This document shows positions 36,596 through 49,700 of a stretch of DNA of 64,000 nucleotides, piece by piece. Made by a program: the position numbers and the translations under genes. Source of the DNA: Hydrolagus colliei. Taxonomy: Eukaryota. The stretch is taken from the NCBI GenBank assembly GCA_035084275.1, contig CM068756.1, forward strand, positions 4,650,001 to 4,714,000, read 5' to 3'. A model generated the notes under the pieces. It saw only the letters and a program-made list of their open reading frames with translations, was not told the DNA's origin and ran no database searches. The first letter of the stretch is position 1; each line of letters begins with the position of its first letter.

Positions 36596-38394
36596 AAGTG
36601 CAACCTAACACAACTATCGACTACACAAAGGACAGATGTAAGTTACAGATGTAGTGTTATTAAAATTATAGGTGTTGAACTTTAGCCAAGTGGTCAGAAG
36701 ATCTCTCGTCGTTCCTTGGTTCTCGAATACCAAAAATCCTAAATCACAATTTCCTGTACTTCACCACGGCAGCAAAATATTTCATAAATAATTCCCGGAA
36801 ACATTTCCTTTGTCCACTTGTTCCTATTGAATGAACCCTGGAACGTGTGGGAGATGAACTTGTGCCAAAGCAGATGTTTTTTTTCAAGAAATGTTCCCAT
36901 CAGTTTGATGTCTATTAACAGTTCAATATGTGGTTTTAAAATAACCGTAATCAAATCTGAAGGTAATACATTGAATAGGCTACAGCTGCAGAGATTAGTG
37001 ATCAAAAAGAGATTTTGACAACAATGGTATATTTGATGTTGACAAATACATTGCCAGCGAAGAGAAACCTAAAAATTCAAAAAGTCTTCATTTAAGCTCC
37101 ACACATCATTGTGGTAAATTATGAGTGGTTTACGCTGCTGAAAACTTCACATAGGTAATATGGTAATGCTTCTAGTCTTGCTAAAATACCTGACGCACAA
37201 TATATCGTGGCAGCCTGGTCAAGAGGGAACATTTATTTGCACAATATGGCAACACGGTTACATACTGAGTTGTTGGGAAGCTGTCTAAAACATTTTAGAA
37301 ACCGGTGAAATTCAATTATTAACCAAGTTGATTTTAGTATTAAGAACACAATTCAGATTGAACAGGTTAATTTGGCTCAGTCTGTGTCTATCGATCGGCC
37401 CAATGGATGCGTTTCAGCATGAGACCTAAAGTAAATGCTGCAACAAAAAACAACCTGCACCTCCTCAGCAACAGATCACCTAAGGCTATTTTGCAAATTA
37501 TTGCGAGTCGGTGCCTTTTAATCTTGATAGCTTTTTACATATCAAAGTTCTGAATAACAAAACATTTTCGTACACAAATTAGAGTGCTTTGTTATTTTCG
37601 TTTGTTTAATATTCATGACATAGCACGAGAAGGATTAATAATGAAGATACACGATAGTATTCTTGGAAGCATGTTCTTTGATGTACCTGCTGCACAATTT
37701 CCAATTGGAGAAAAGCAGATTGATTGTTGTAGATTACAGCCACACCATTATAGTGCAAATTGCAAAAGAATTGAATTTCACGTAGAATATATCACAAAGT
37801 TTTAACAACTTTACTTTGGAAAAAGGCAAACAATTTAGCAAGGTTCAGAAATTGACTGTAGGATAAATGCTGCACATCATCCGTGTTGAGAATCTGAGCA
37901 ATTATACATTATACACAAGGTTTTCTCCAAATGGAAAAACTCCACCGATAATCATGAAATGTTGTTCATTTTGTGAACAAAAATACCTCAAACATATAAA
38001 TAGATATGCTAACTTCTTAGAGGGGTCATCTGATAATCTAAAACAATTTAAATCATGTCATACGTAAGGGAAATCTAATTTCCAGTTGCTATCAGATTGC
38101 AAATCATTTTCATTGTAAATGGCAAAAAATATCCTGTTTTTGTGCAATATTGCAAGTCATAATGGCTCACACTAAAATGAGACATCACCAGTAACCACAG
38201 ACACAGCAGAGGTATATCTACTAGAAAATCAAGACCCAAGGATATATTCAATATATGGTGGAGCTCTGATCAGCGTTTTGGAACATCTGTGGATTCTGCT
38301 GTTGAGATTGACAAGTTCTGAAATAACTCACCTGCACAATCTCTAAAAAATGATCATTGGGAAAATGTTTGTTTGGCTGAATGTGGTATGGCTA

Positions 38395-38690
38395 TAATAA
38401 CAACACCAACAATAACTGGCATTTATATAGTGCCCTTCACACCGGACGGCATCTTAAGAGCATTTGTCTCAATGTTAGAAAAATGGTAAACGTAAAAACA
38501 TGCACACATATAGAATGAACGACTCAAAATACTTAACAGACATGATAGCAAGCACCAATCAGGGGGGAAAGAGAGAATTAGGCTGTTGACTAAAGGCCCG
38601 GTAAAGGAATTTTGTTTCTTAAGAAAAGATTTTAAAGGCAGGGAGAGAGGAAGCAGAATGAAGAGATTCTGAAAGGGTTACAGAGGGCAA
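38395..38690 (-). mobile_element. L2-type tail and degenerate 3' fragment
   Basis: gcatttatatagtgcccttcacaccggacggcatct and ttttaaaggcagggagagagg. Confidence 0.5.
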
Positions 38691-40419
38691 ATAACTTGTA
38701 ATGAATCAGTGAGAACAGATGTATGAGTTATAAAGACTGAAAATAAACTACATGACTACTATTAAAGTATTTATTTTTAATATTTATTGGGCACAATCAA
38801 TATGAGTGTTATAAAGATTCATGCCTATTATTGACTGCATTAAGATTGATGAAACACATCAACTTCTTTGAGTATTTGCCAAGTATGTGTTTTGCAAGCA
38901 TAATTTGGAAATGTTAAAAGAACATTAACGAGACATCCTGGCATCCCCACAAATCCTACATACCAAACTTGTTGATGTTTGGCACCGGTGCTTAATCCAG
39001 GAAATTATGTTACGTGGCTTTGGCAAAGAGAGAAACCTGTTGTGAGGCTGACCACACATCCACGTTTCAGAGTGACATCAGTATGAGGTTAACAAAAAGT
39101 CTTCCACAAACATATATGGGAGGAGATGGCAGGAATGTGTACAGAACTTCCTCTTAGTCTTTAGAAATAGTTTTCTTTGTTATTTCTACAATTTAACTAA
39201 AAACATTTGAGGAAAAGGTTCTCCATCAGACACTTGGCAAGGAAATCAAAGCTTGAGAATTGCCATAATCTAAGGATTGAAACCCCTGCTTTTGACAGGA
39301 AGAAAAAACATTTGTATATTTGCTTGTGCTGGTTATGGTGAAAAGAGCAGTACTGTGCTTTTCTTAAACAAAAGTGAAGGCAAACCATTTTCTTTTCATT
39401 GCAACATCCTGGCCATCCATATCAATTGAAGAATGTGTTTGAAGTTTCAGCCAGTTCTGATCCAAAACGTCCAAGCCATGTGCTGATGGTTTTAAGTGCT
39501 ATCTTTCCCTCCCTCCCTTCCTGTGGGGAACCTCTTGCCTTCAACTTACTGCAGTTGTCCATGAGAACTTCTTTTTACAGTGACTGCAGTAACTCGCTTT
39601 GAGACATCTTCCTGGTGTGAATGGCACTGTATTAAAGTCAAGGACTATCCCAAAAATATTTCGGTCAGCTGGGTGTATGGCACATGCGGAAACTCATCAA
39701 CGTGCTTAAAAGTCTCCAAACCAAACTGGGAATTCCACTCATTCCAACTACATTTGGAAATTCCATATCATCTACTTTCTTCTAGCAATGCAGCTAAGAT
39801 TGACAGTGGTAAGAGAGCTGTGATGAGCTGTAGTTTTATCATCAAATGTTGCAGTTGTATTCGTATAAGTGTCACCTAAGGAGCGTGTAAACTGAATTCA
39901 AATTTATATTTTGAGCAATTAATAAACCCCTACTTACCTTAAAATAATCCTTGCACCCCTGCAGTGAGGTGGCTGCCTCTCTGAGTATTAGTAATCTACC
40001 AGTGTTATGCTGTATTTTTTTCTACCAGTGTTATGCTGTATTTATCCTCCTTGGCTGGGCTGATGGCATCGACTCATCAGCAGGATCTGGAAGGGTAGAT
40101 CACTCAATGGGGGCAGGGAGTCACACCATTTAGATCTTGTTAACCCCGCAAGCCGAAGCTCTAATGAATAAGGTGATCCCAACTGTATAAGCAGTGGAAA
40201 AGCTTGTCAGATATCAATATCAATGGCAAGCAATGCAGTTCTAGCTGGTTAGACTCCAGCAATACCCTGACACACACTATGGGACACCCAAGTTTTGGCT
40301 CTTGCCAACCTCTGCCTAATGTTTGACTATCAACATGCATTTCCTAATTGCTTCAGGGAGTCCTAGCGCAAAAACAGACAGATGACGAGGGAACAAAACA
40401 AGAATTGAAGAATTGAAGA

Positions 40420-43400
40420 AGATCAGAAAGAGAAGCAGTTTTTAATATATATAATATATAATATATAATTTTGTAACATTCACAATAAATGCTTTGGGTT
40501 TGAAAATGGATTGGTACAAATGTTATCGGCCAGTCTTTCTTCAGTGCATACTGAGATCTACTAATGGTTCTTTCAAATGACGTTACTGAATAGGTTATTC
40601 CTGATCTTCCAAAGTGCAGTTGATCAACATTTTATGACGTGCACATACATGTATGCTAAGCAGTTTTTGCCACGACTGCACTGTAACCCAAACCCGCAAA
40701 TGTTAATCATTTCACATTTTCCAATTCATTGCATACAATACCAATCTACATGAATTCACACCAGTTTGCTCTATAATTAAACATGCTTGAAAATATTTAT
40801 TTAAGTGCACGTGCAAATATCATCTGCGGATTTACACAAAGCTGCAATAGGCAAATTGGTCAAAAAGTCCAATATATAAGTTGTTTTTAAGCATTTCTGC
40901 TTCCTGTTAATTGCAAAGTCAGCAAACTACTATTGCAATATATACACAGTGAATTACTTTAAGGGTAATGTGAACGGCTTAAAATTTCATATAAAGTTTG
41001 TAAAAACTCAGTCAATACATGTATACAATATTGTAAAACAGATGCGTCTTTGGGTTGAAATAACCAACATTTATAATAGGTCTAAAAGGCACTTTTGTAA
41101 CATACTTACAATTTAAGACTGCAAATATGCTCTTTTAAAAAAATACTAAAATAAATTTCTGAAATATGCATTGCACCCAAAAGTAAATTACCTAAATACT
41201 TTACAATATGATAAAAAGATACACATCAAACAGAATAAAGCACCTTTGATCTAAAATTTGCAGGACAGACAGCCATAACACACTCCAAATGTCTGCATCA
41301 TAACTTCAGTGCATAAATGATATCTCCTCAACTAGGGAATTCATCAATAACATCAAATGTCTTTTCTTGCACCTGAGTTTGTATTCCAAATGAAATAAGC
41401 ATACATTTAAAAAAAATTATACACAAAAGAAAATCAATCTACAGGATTTCAATTCAACATAACAGCTTATTGTGTTTTCAACAGGTAAAGATACTTTCTG
41501 GTTGTTCCTTTGCTCTAAGGAAGACAACATTCACATTAGAAAAATAGCACCAGTTATTGTTCTGTTCAGAGTTGACGTAAAATGTACCGTTATTAAGGAG
41601 AAACAAAGGCAGTTTTGGGGGCATATTCACCAGAGCAGTATCTGTGGGTGTGGTTGTTTGGTGTAGTTCTATAATATAATTTGGAAATCAGGAAGTTAGT
41701 GAACTGAACTACAATAACTTCATTCATTTGTATCTAAGACAATTGTAAATATTTAATGCACCCCAGTAGTTTTGTAAGCAATTGCAACAAGCTTATCAAC
41801 TTGTTTTCACATGTACATACTATAATCTGGGCAGGAAGTTTACATTTCTATATGTGCAACAAATCGAGCAGTTACCTATTTAAGTTTTCGTTCATCGATG
41901 CAGTGTATTGTATCTGCAGCTACAACAAGCTCATTCACACTGAATATCAAAGTTTCGACATTTTGCTCATTTGCACAATGAAAATTGTGGATTGAAGCAA
42001 GTTTATGAAGATTTTCGGAGTGGGCAGATTTACAAATGCGCCATGTGGGAAAACGGTTTCTAAAGTAATTGAACAATTATTCAAAGGAGATGTATGACGT
42101 TACAAAGGCTTATTTTACTGAAACTATCATGTCAGAATTCTTCCACGTGAAGGCCTTAACACCTAGTTCAATCAGGTCATGATTTATGCCGTGTGCGATG
42201 CAATTTGAAGTGGAAACACTAGAATTTCCCAGCCATGGGAATAAATTAGGATGCACTGGCAATAATGCTGCTTTCTCAATGGATCTTTGCTTCCTGGTGA
42301 GTTCGAACCTGTTTGATAATGGAAAAGAATGGAACAATCAGCATCAGCTTCCTGAAGACCAAGAATATTGTCCTGGAATCAGGGTACCCAAAGAGGGTTG
42401 AGTGCAGAGTGAATAAAGTAGACATCATTAATGGACGTAACATTGGTAACTTTTACAATACTGACTTTTGTAATCCTGACAAAGAAGGCAAGAAGAGATG
42501 CACAGTACACTAAGTTTTAATGGATTATGGAAACTACAAAAGAGGTGGAGAGACATATAGCATTGTGGCAAAGAGTGCAAAGGATTTTATCCAGTTAACT
42601 CAACTGAAAGCTAGACAGATCCTGAGAAAGACTTGAGTGCAGAGGCTGGGTGCTTTTGTGACATGTTTTGCCAAGGACGATATTGGATATAAGTTGACAA
42701 GATAGACAAACCAATATCAAAGTGGTACGGAGTGACCTATTTGCACGTAAAGAAAATGATACGTCAGAAAGATTGTGATTGTCGGAACGATACATATCTT
42801 CGGAATTTGATGATATTTTTGCCAGCTGAGAGAGTACTGTGTGGAAGATCAAAGCTGAACACAGTGTGGCTGTATCTGGCAAGAGTTGAATGGGCAAAGA
42901 ATGAATGGGCAGACAGCTGTAGGAGTCAGTAAATGGAAGAGTGCAAATGAAAGATCTGTGACTAGTCTGATTATGATCTGTGCATGAAAGAGATTGCCAG
43001 CAATGGCGCTTGTCAATTTTATTTTACAAACAGTTTCTTCTACGTCTTACTTTAGCTTCAAGAAAGTCGTGCTTTTAAAAGAACATGTCTACTGAAGGGG
43101 ATTAAAAATATTCCAATGCTGTGAAATTTTGCCTGACATCTTTTCTGGCCTGGGGAATGACATAAGGATTTGAGAAATACACACACCCACACAATTATTT
43201 TAACAGGTGGAAATATGCCCCAGTATATATATTTTTTAAATGTAACTGGGCTTGAATTGAGTGTCAAAGTCTATACGGAATAGCAAAAAAAAAGACACTG
43301 TTGCTTTAATGACAGCCACACAATGAAGTCCACAGAAACAAAGAAATGCAAATGGAATGTTACTCATCTCTGTATATTTCGGCAGATAAAATAGCACAGT

Positions 43401-43741
43401 CTGAATGACTGCTGTTTTGATGTAGCACATTATATCAGTATTTCTATGTTACTCTGGAGTTTAAGGCAATTACCCATCATAACTTGGTCTGCCCAAAGCG
43501 AATACAATTTTCTCATCAGCAACATCAAAGTCATAATATTTGCATGATAAAACAGGTGAATTATAGCACGAGATTACAAGACATTAAAAAAAGTTAAGTA
43601 TTTCACAGAGGCAGCTGTGCAAGACCATTTCAGCTATATGCAGAAATAATCCTGCAGAAATCTAATGCTTTGATGATTTTCCATAATTCTACTAGAAGCA
43701 GATTCAATTTTGAATATCCATATACATTATGATGCATGAAT
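40420..43741 (-). other. ZNF469: Probable ZNF469 3' UTR with candidate poly(A) signal ATTAAA at 40441-40446
   Basis: AT-rich region lacking the SINE tails common elsewhere. ATTAAA is followed by a T/GT-rich downstream element (ttcttgttttgtt). Alternative AATAAA hexamers are at 43018-43023 and 40796-40801. Confidence 0.45.
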
Positions 43742-46700
43742 TCACTCCGAGATATCTTTTCTTAAAGGAATCTTGAAGCTGGTTATTTTTTGTCCGAATA
43801 GTTGACTGAGAAGATTACTCTGTGATTCTGCTGTCCGGTAATTACGTGATTCAACAAGTTTTACACCTTGTATCAATCTATGTTTTTTAATTGAACTGTT
43901 CACAGACTGAGATCCTCCCTTAGAATGAAGTAACGGTTTTGAGATCAATTCTTTCTTACGCCTATGTTCTCCATTGAAAGACCTCATTTCCGGTCGCTTG
44001 GGCGGACAGAAATCAATTCCATTTTTTTTAGGTTGAGGACTGTTTGTCCAAGGTTTTGATCTGGAGATCAAATGGCCTCCTGCTGGCTCGTCTCTGGCAG
44101 TAGAAATACTCTGAATACTGAGGGGAATGTCAACTTTCCTCATGGCTCCAATGCAGTCATTCCTGACTGGCTTTCTCTTTTTGTTCCCCTCACTTATGCT
44201 GATTCTGTAGTTGCCATTGGGTTTGACACTGGATGACCAGGTTTTGTACTCCTTTCGCTTTTTGTGATTGATTTTTGTGTCTGAATCTATGCCGTGTTTG
44301 TCTGTCAGCTTACATTCATGGGCATTTGGTTTTGAACTGGTATTCTCAATGGCTGCTATTTCAATTTTGACCTGGCTGCTGGAAGATGTTTTCTGGAGAT
44401 CATTTGTTTGTTTAATGCTTTTACTGGATTCTGTTTGTAACAGCTTGTCCTTTGCCAGATGCTGACCCTGAGCTATGCTGCCATTCAGTTTCATTGCACA
44501 CGTGTGAACTGAACTTCCTGACGACGCCATATTATACAATTGGCTATCCATGTTTGCCATAGGTAGACCATCTAAATTAACCAAATGCAGGTCACTAGAT
44601 AATGAATGGCAGACAGCTGGGGAGACACAAGGATGGGGAGGGACAATGTTTAATTGGGATTGTTCCATTTCTGCTAGGAGCTCTGAAAAATCACCCACTA
44701 TATCTGTACGTTTGGCTGCCAAATCATGGAGCTTTACTGTTGTGGTATTCACTACCTCTGGTAAGAAGTCTGTGGGTCCAGGTAAGGAATTGTCATTAAG
44801 ATGCGTCTGTGCAAAATCAACGGAAGAAACAGTTGGAATATTGTTCTCTGAACTCGTTTCAATCATACGATTGTGACTGACCTTTTGCTTTTTAATAGGT
44901 GGCAACGAAATACTTGAGCAACTGTGAGACAAACTTGATTGTGGATCAAACTTTCCATCCTGCAAAGGCACATGCGGTCTCATCACTCCTCTGAATTTCT
45001 GTGCCTTACTTCCACCTGCCAGGTGCTTTTCCATGTGCCTATCGTACTGTTCCTTCTTAGAAAATGTATAATTACAAGTGCTACAGATGAAAGACTTTTT
45101 TATGACATGCATAACGTCAGCACAGAGTTCACAGGTGTACAGTGTTGTGTGTTTGATTTCAGGTTCTTCCAACACCCTGTGCTCTGCTTTAAGGTGGGCT
45201 CTCAGTTCCTGCATTTCCAAATAGAAAATAGGACATTTATAGCAGAGATAAATCTTATGCAAACTGTGAACGACCAAGTGACGTTGAAGTTTAAATGGTT
45301 TGGGAAATTGCTTCCCACAATGGTGGCAATCCCTGGAAGGGTCCTTGCAGTCAGGATGGATGGAGAAATTCTTCTGTATTGGTTCAGCCTTCTTCATAGG
45401 CTCCGGATTCCATGAAGTAGAAAGTTTAAGAGCACTTGCAAAAGTCACTTTATTTTTAACACTGGCTTCACTTTGCTCTTTAATTTTCGAAGTTGGCTCT
45501 TGATGTTCTTTTAGCACCTTGTTTTCTTTAATCATAGACTTTGTTCCCGATTCTATAGCTTTTGTGGACTTTGCTGGTTTTTTATTCAGGATTGTGTTGA
45601 AGAAGGTCTTCATAGCACTGTCTTCACTAAAGCAGCCAGGCAGTCCGATCACTGATTTCTGAGCTTGTCCTTTTCGAGCAAACTGGGTGGCGTGTTCCCG
45701 CAAATGCTCATTGTACATCCATACATCTGAGATTTCTTTCAGGCACATGCCACAAGTCCAGATGCCCGCCTTGTTTTTCGCATGCTTCTCTTTCAAGTGA
45801 TCCCTCAGCTGCTCTCTGGAGCTAAATTTCCTCTGAACACACATGTAGCAAGTAGGTGGAGGGGAAGGATTGTGCGAGAGCTTGTGAAAGTCGAGTTCTC
45901 CAATAGTAAGAAACCACTGAAAGCAAACCTTGCATTTGTACTGCTTATCTTTGGATTTGATGCTCATCTCTGTACGACTCTTTACCATTTTTCCATCCTC
46001 CGACCGAACTTTTGAAACTTTGATACTATTGTTGGCCTCCTCGTTGGTAGTGGTTGATACGCTGAAGCCAGAAGATTTATTCACAGAGGAACTTTGAATT
46101 AGATGTCTATCTGAAAGTTCATAGTCATGGTTTAATACTTGGATCCCGCTTATCCCCAAACCTGCAGGATTGCCTTGATCGGAGGCTAGACTATCATAAG
46201 GCTCTAACAATTGGGCAGCTAATGTTTTTGGTAGCTCCAATTCATTCTGAATTATTGGTATGCTATTTTCTACATTGGTTACTTTGTCTGAAGATGCCTC
46301 AAACGAGATTATGCTACCATGAGTTGAGGTACTTGATAGTGCTTCTTGAGGACTGTTCCACACTATAGAGTTTACAGCTTCTTTAGATATGGTTTCCATT
46401 TTGCAGTTTTGATGATACAACAGCCCCATAACATTTACATTGTCTTTTTCAGATAGTTCCGTGCCTTCAAAAGCATCTTCGCTTCTACGTTCATGTGCAC
46501 TTTCTTCAAATACTTTAGGTTCATCATGGGCAGAACTCTTTTTACTGGCTATCGTTTTGCTGTTGTGACTTATATGCAGCATGATGGTATCATCTATTGA
46601 AATGGTTTCATATTCACATTGCTCTGGTCTTTTGGTGAAGGAGGTGGCAACTTGCTCATTGTCATTGTCTGACGTCACTCTGTCTGCACAAAGGCTTCCC

Positions 46701-49700
46701 GTTGTATTCAGCTCTGTATCCACCTTAGGCTTTTTGCTTCTTTTTCCATAGACTCTTGGACATTTTTTCCTGACGATTGCATTTTCTTCAGGAAATATTT
46801 GCGACATTGCACTTTCCAGATTTGAACGATCTCGGGATTCAGAATTGGAATGCATGGCTTCTAAAATGGGGAGCTCACGATCAATAGAATAACATTCCCT
46901 CCAGTGTTTCGATGCTGTCATACCCTGAGTGTTATCAAAGGATGTTTCATCATTACTGTGAGTTGTTAAAGCTGGAGGGTCTGCATCTATGGATTTCAAT
47001 GGAGATCCATTAACCTGGCTGGACACTGAACTGTTAAAGACCGAAGAGCTTGTATCATCTGAATGTTGGCAATCGATATCCTTTTGCAATAAATTAACTT
47101 CTTTTTCACTAGTTTCTTCTTCTATCTTTATATGATTTTCATCCTGAATGTTTGCACTGAAGGAACACCCGTCTCTGACATCCATCTGGGTTGTAGAACC
47201 ATTATACCTTTCTTTCTCACATTGGTTGTCATCCAGTAAAGCATGAATTACACTGCCATTTTTTCCCTGCATAGAAAGTGTTCCATTGTTTAAAATCCCA
47301 TCCCGCGAGACCCATTCGTCTGGTGCAGCGTGTGCTTTGACTGTTGTATTTGTTATTGTATTTTCTCTCTGCTGTTCGCCTGGAGTGCTGCTATATGATT
47401 CTGTCATTACCTGAAGCTGTAACAGTGGACACGTCTCACTTTCCTTTGGTGCACAATTAACATCCACTTGTTGCTCTGACTGTGAAGATAATTTCACAAG
47501 ATCATCAGGTCCGCCAATTGCATTCAAACTTGGTGCAAGTTCAATCTTTTCAACCTTCTGGTTTGCTTCGATGCCGTTAGTGGTGTCTCTCATTTGCCTT
47601 TTCCTTCGCCTCTCGTTGTTTGTATTCACAGAATTAGAATTCTGCTTTGGATTCTCGTGTTTAGACTGTCTGTGTTTTTTAGACTTTGCAGCCTTACCCT
47701 CCTTAGATTTTTTTGCATCCAAAGTTTGATTGTAAATCATTGCAGTAGAATCCAGGCCAGATTGTACTACACAAGGTTCAGCTAAATCTGCCCTGCTGCT
47801 ATAGTTTGTTTCCTCTGTGTTGGCTTCAGTGTTGTTAAGATGTTGCTCATTTGGTTCACAGTATACAACTGCTTTGTTTGAAGTGAACACAGAATTATTT
47901 TCATTGACGTGTTTATCTCCTTTCAAGAAAGTCTGCTGATCAAAATCATTATTTTCTTCTCGTACTGAATTAACCAAAGAACTTAATGTCTCTTGGTCAA
48001 TTGTGCAGGTATTTTCTGATATGCTGCTTTCAAATGTTTTTAATTCCTCTTTCCAAATTACAGTTGCTTTCTTAGTTTGTGTAGAAGTTGCTTTAATTCT
48101 GGTTAGTTTACTTTGATTAGCATTTTTCAGACGATGCTTGATGGCTTTGTGTCTCATTAAACCTTGTTTGGATCTGAATGATGCTGAGCATACATCGCAC
48201 ATTATGACTGACTGTGGATTATGCTGTGTTGAAGAAGCAGAGAATTCAACTAATTTCTGTGCATTGGTCTTTGAAATGTTTTCTGTAAATGAATTATTTG
48301 CCACATTATCTACTGCCATGCTGGAACTTAAAGTATTCAGTGTTCTAGAGAACTCCAAACTATTCAATACATCTCCTCTGCTTACACCATCACAATCATC
48401 CTCAACCTGTCCCAGTACATTCACTACTGTCTGTGTTCTTTTGTCGCTAAGAAATAAGCCTGAATCTTCACAGACGCCACTTTCTTTAACAGTTTCATCT
48501 CTAAACGTTTCTGAAATCTCCATAAATTGTTTCTCGCTGAAGCCATCTGGACATAGTTTTAATTGTTTAGCATTATCTGTGATGCCAAAAGCTGCTTCGC
48601 TCTTCTGTTGGTCCACACGTCCACCACAAAGTTTATCGTCTTCAGTTAAAGACTTTGAATTGATGAACAAGTTATCTTTATCAGTGAATAAATTACCTTC
48701 CATCTCCTTAATTCCACTGGGAAATATTTCACCTTGTAAATGGCAATGTAAGGTTTCCTCAGGTTTACAGGATTTTCTCTCCTCATTGCTGACTATTGGT
48801 GGCATTGAATCAGCAACTGATCTACCTCTTCCGACGGATGATTCTTTACCAGGCAGGCAATCTGAATATTGATCTATCAAAGCTTCCATTGAGTTGGAAG
48901 TAGCAGAGCCTGCATGCTGTATGTTTAAGTCAGAATCATTTTGGCAAGGTGAAGGCATTTTGTCCAATTTGTCGGACAGTGAAGGGAGAATAGTTTTTTT
49001 GTCATGTGGACATAAAATCTCAATGCAGGCACAATTGCACTGCTCTTCATGTTCTACCAAAACACTTGAATCTTTTGGTAATGTGCAAAGATCATTGATT
49101 TCCAAAGGTACATCGCAGAATAGATGTGATGTTGTAGCTAAGCCTTCAGGCAGATTATGGTCAACAGAATCTGTTTGCTTGCAAGCAGGTGGACTGATAG
49201 GGACTGATGTAATTGGGTCACATATTTTTTTGTCATCCATACTATCTTTGCTAAGATATGAACCATTGCTTGTGGTAGAATTTTTAGCATCGGTTGGCAT
49301 ATTGGTAGTTGATCCTATATCTTTTTTAGATAAATCTGAATCCAAAGAAATTCTTTCTCCATTTGGTACCAGAACTAAATCACAATCACTATTTGCAGCT
49401 TGCTTTGTTGGCAGTTCACTTTCAATGTCACCTTCCATTACGTTATCCTGAGGTCCAGTTATACAGAGAAGAGATGTTTTCTTCACGTTTGGAGAATTGT
49501 ATTGCAAGTGTATGAAAGACAATTCTTCACATCCCTGAATGTGCAGCACATTTCCATTGGAATTTTTTGAGCACTCTTGCTCATCATCAGCATCATTCTC
49601 TACAGGTGAAATTTCAGCAAATGCCTCTGGCAATTTGCGGGGCGGTTGTTCTGATTTGCTATTCGCCTCAGAACAAACTGTATTTTTTTCAGAAGGTTCT

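Noticed and set aside
39995-40043. 23-bp direct duplication tctaccagtgttatgctgtattt
   Set aside because: Ordinary local slippage duplication with no further structure.
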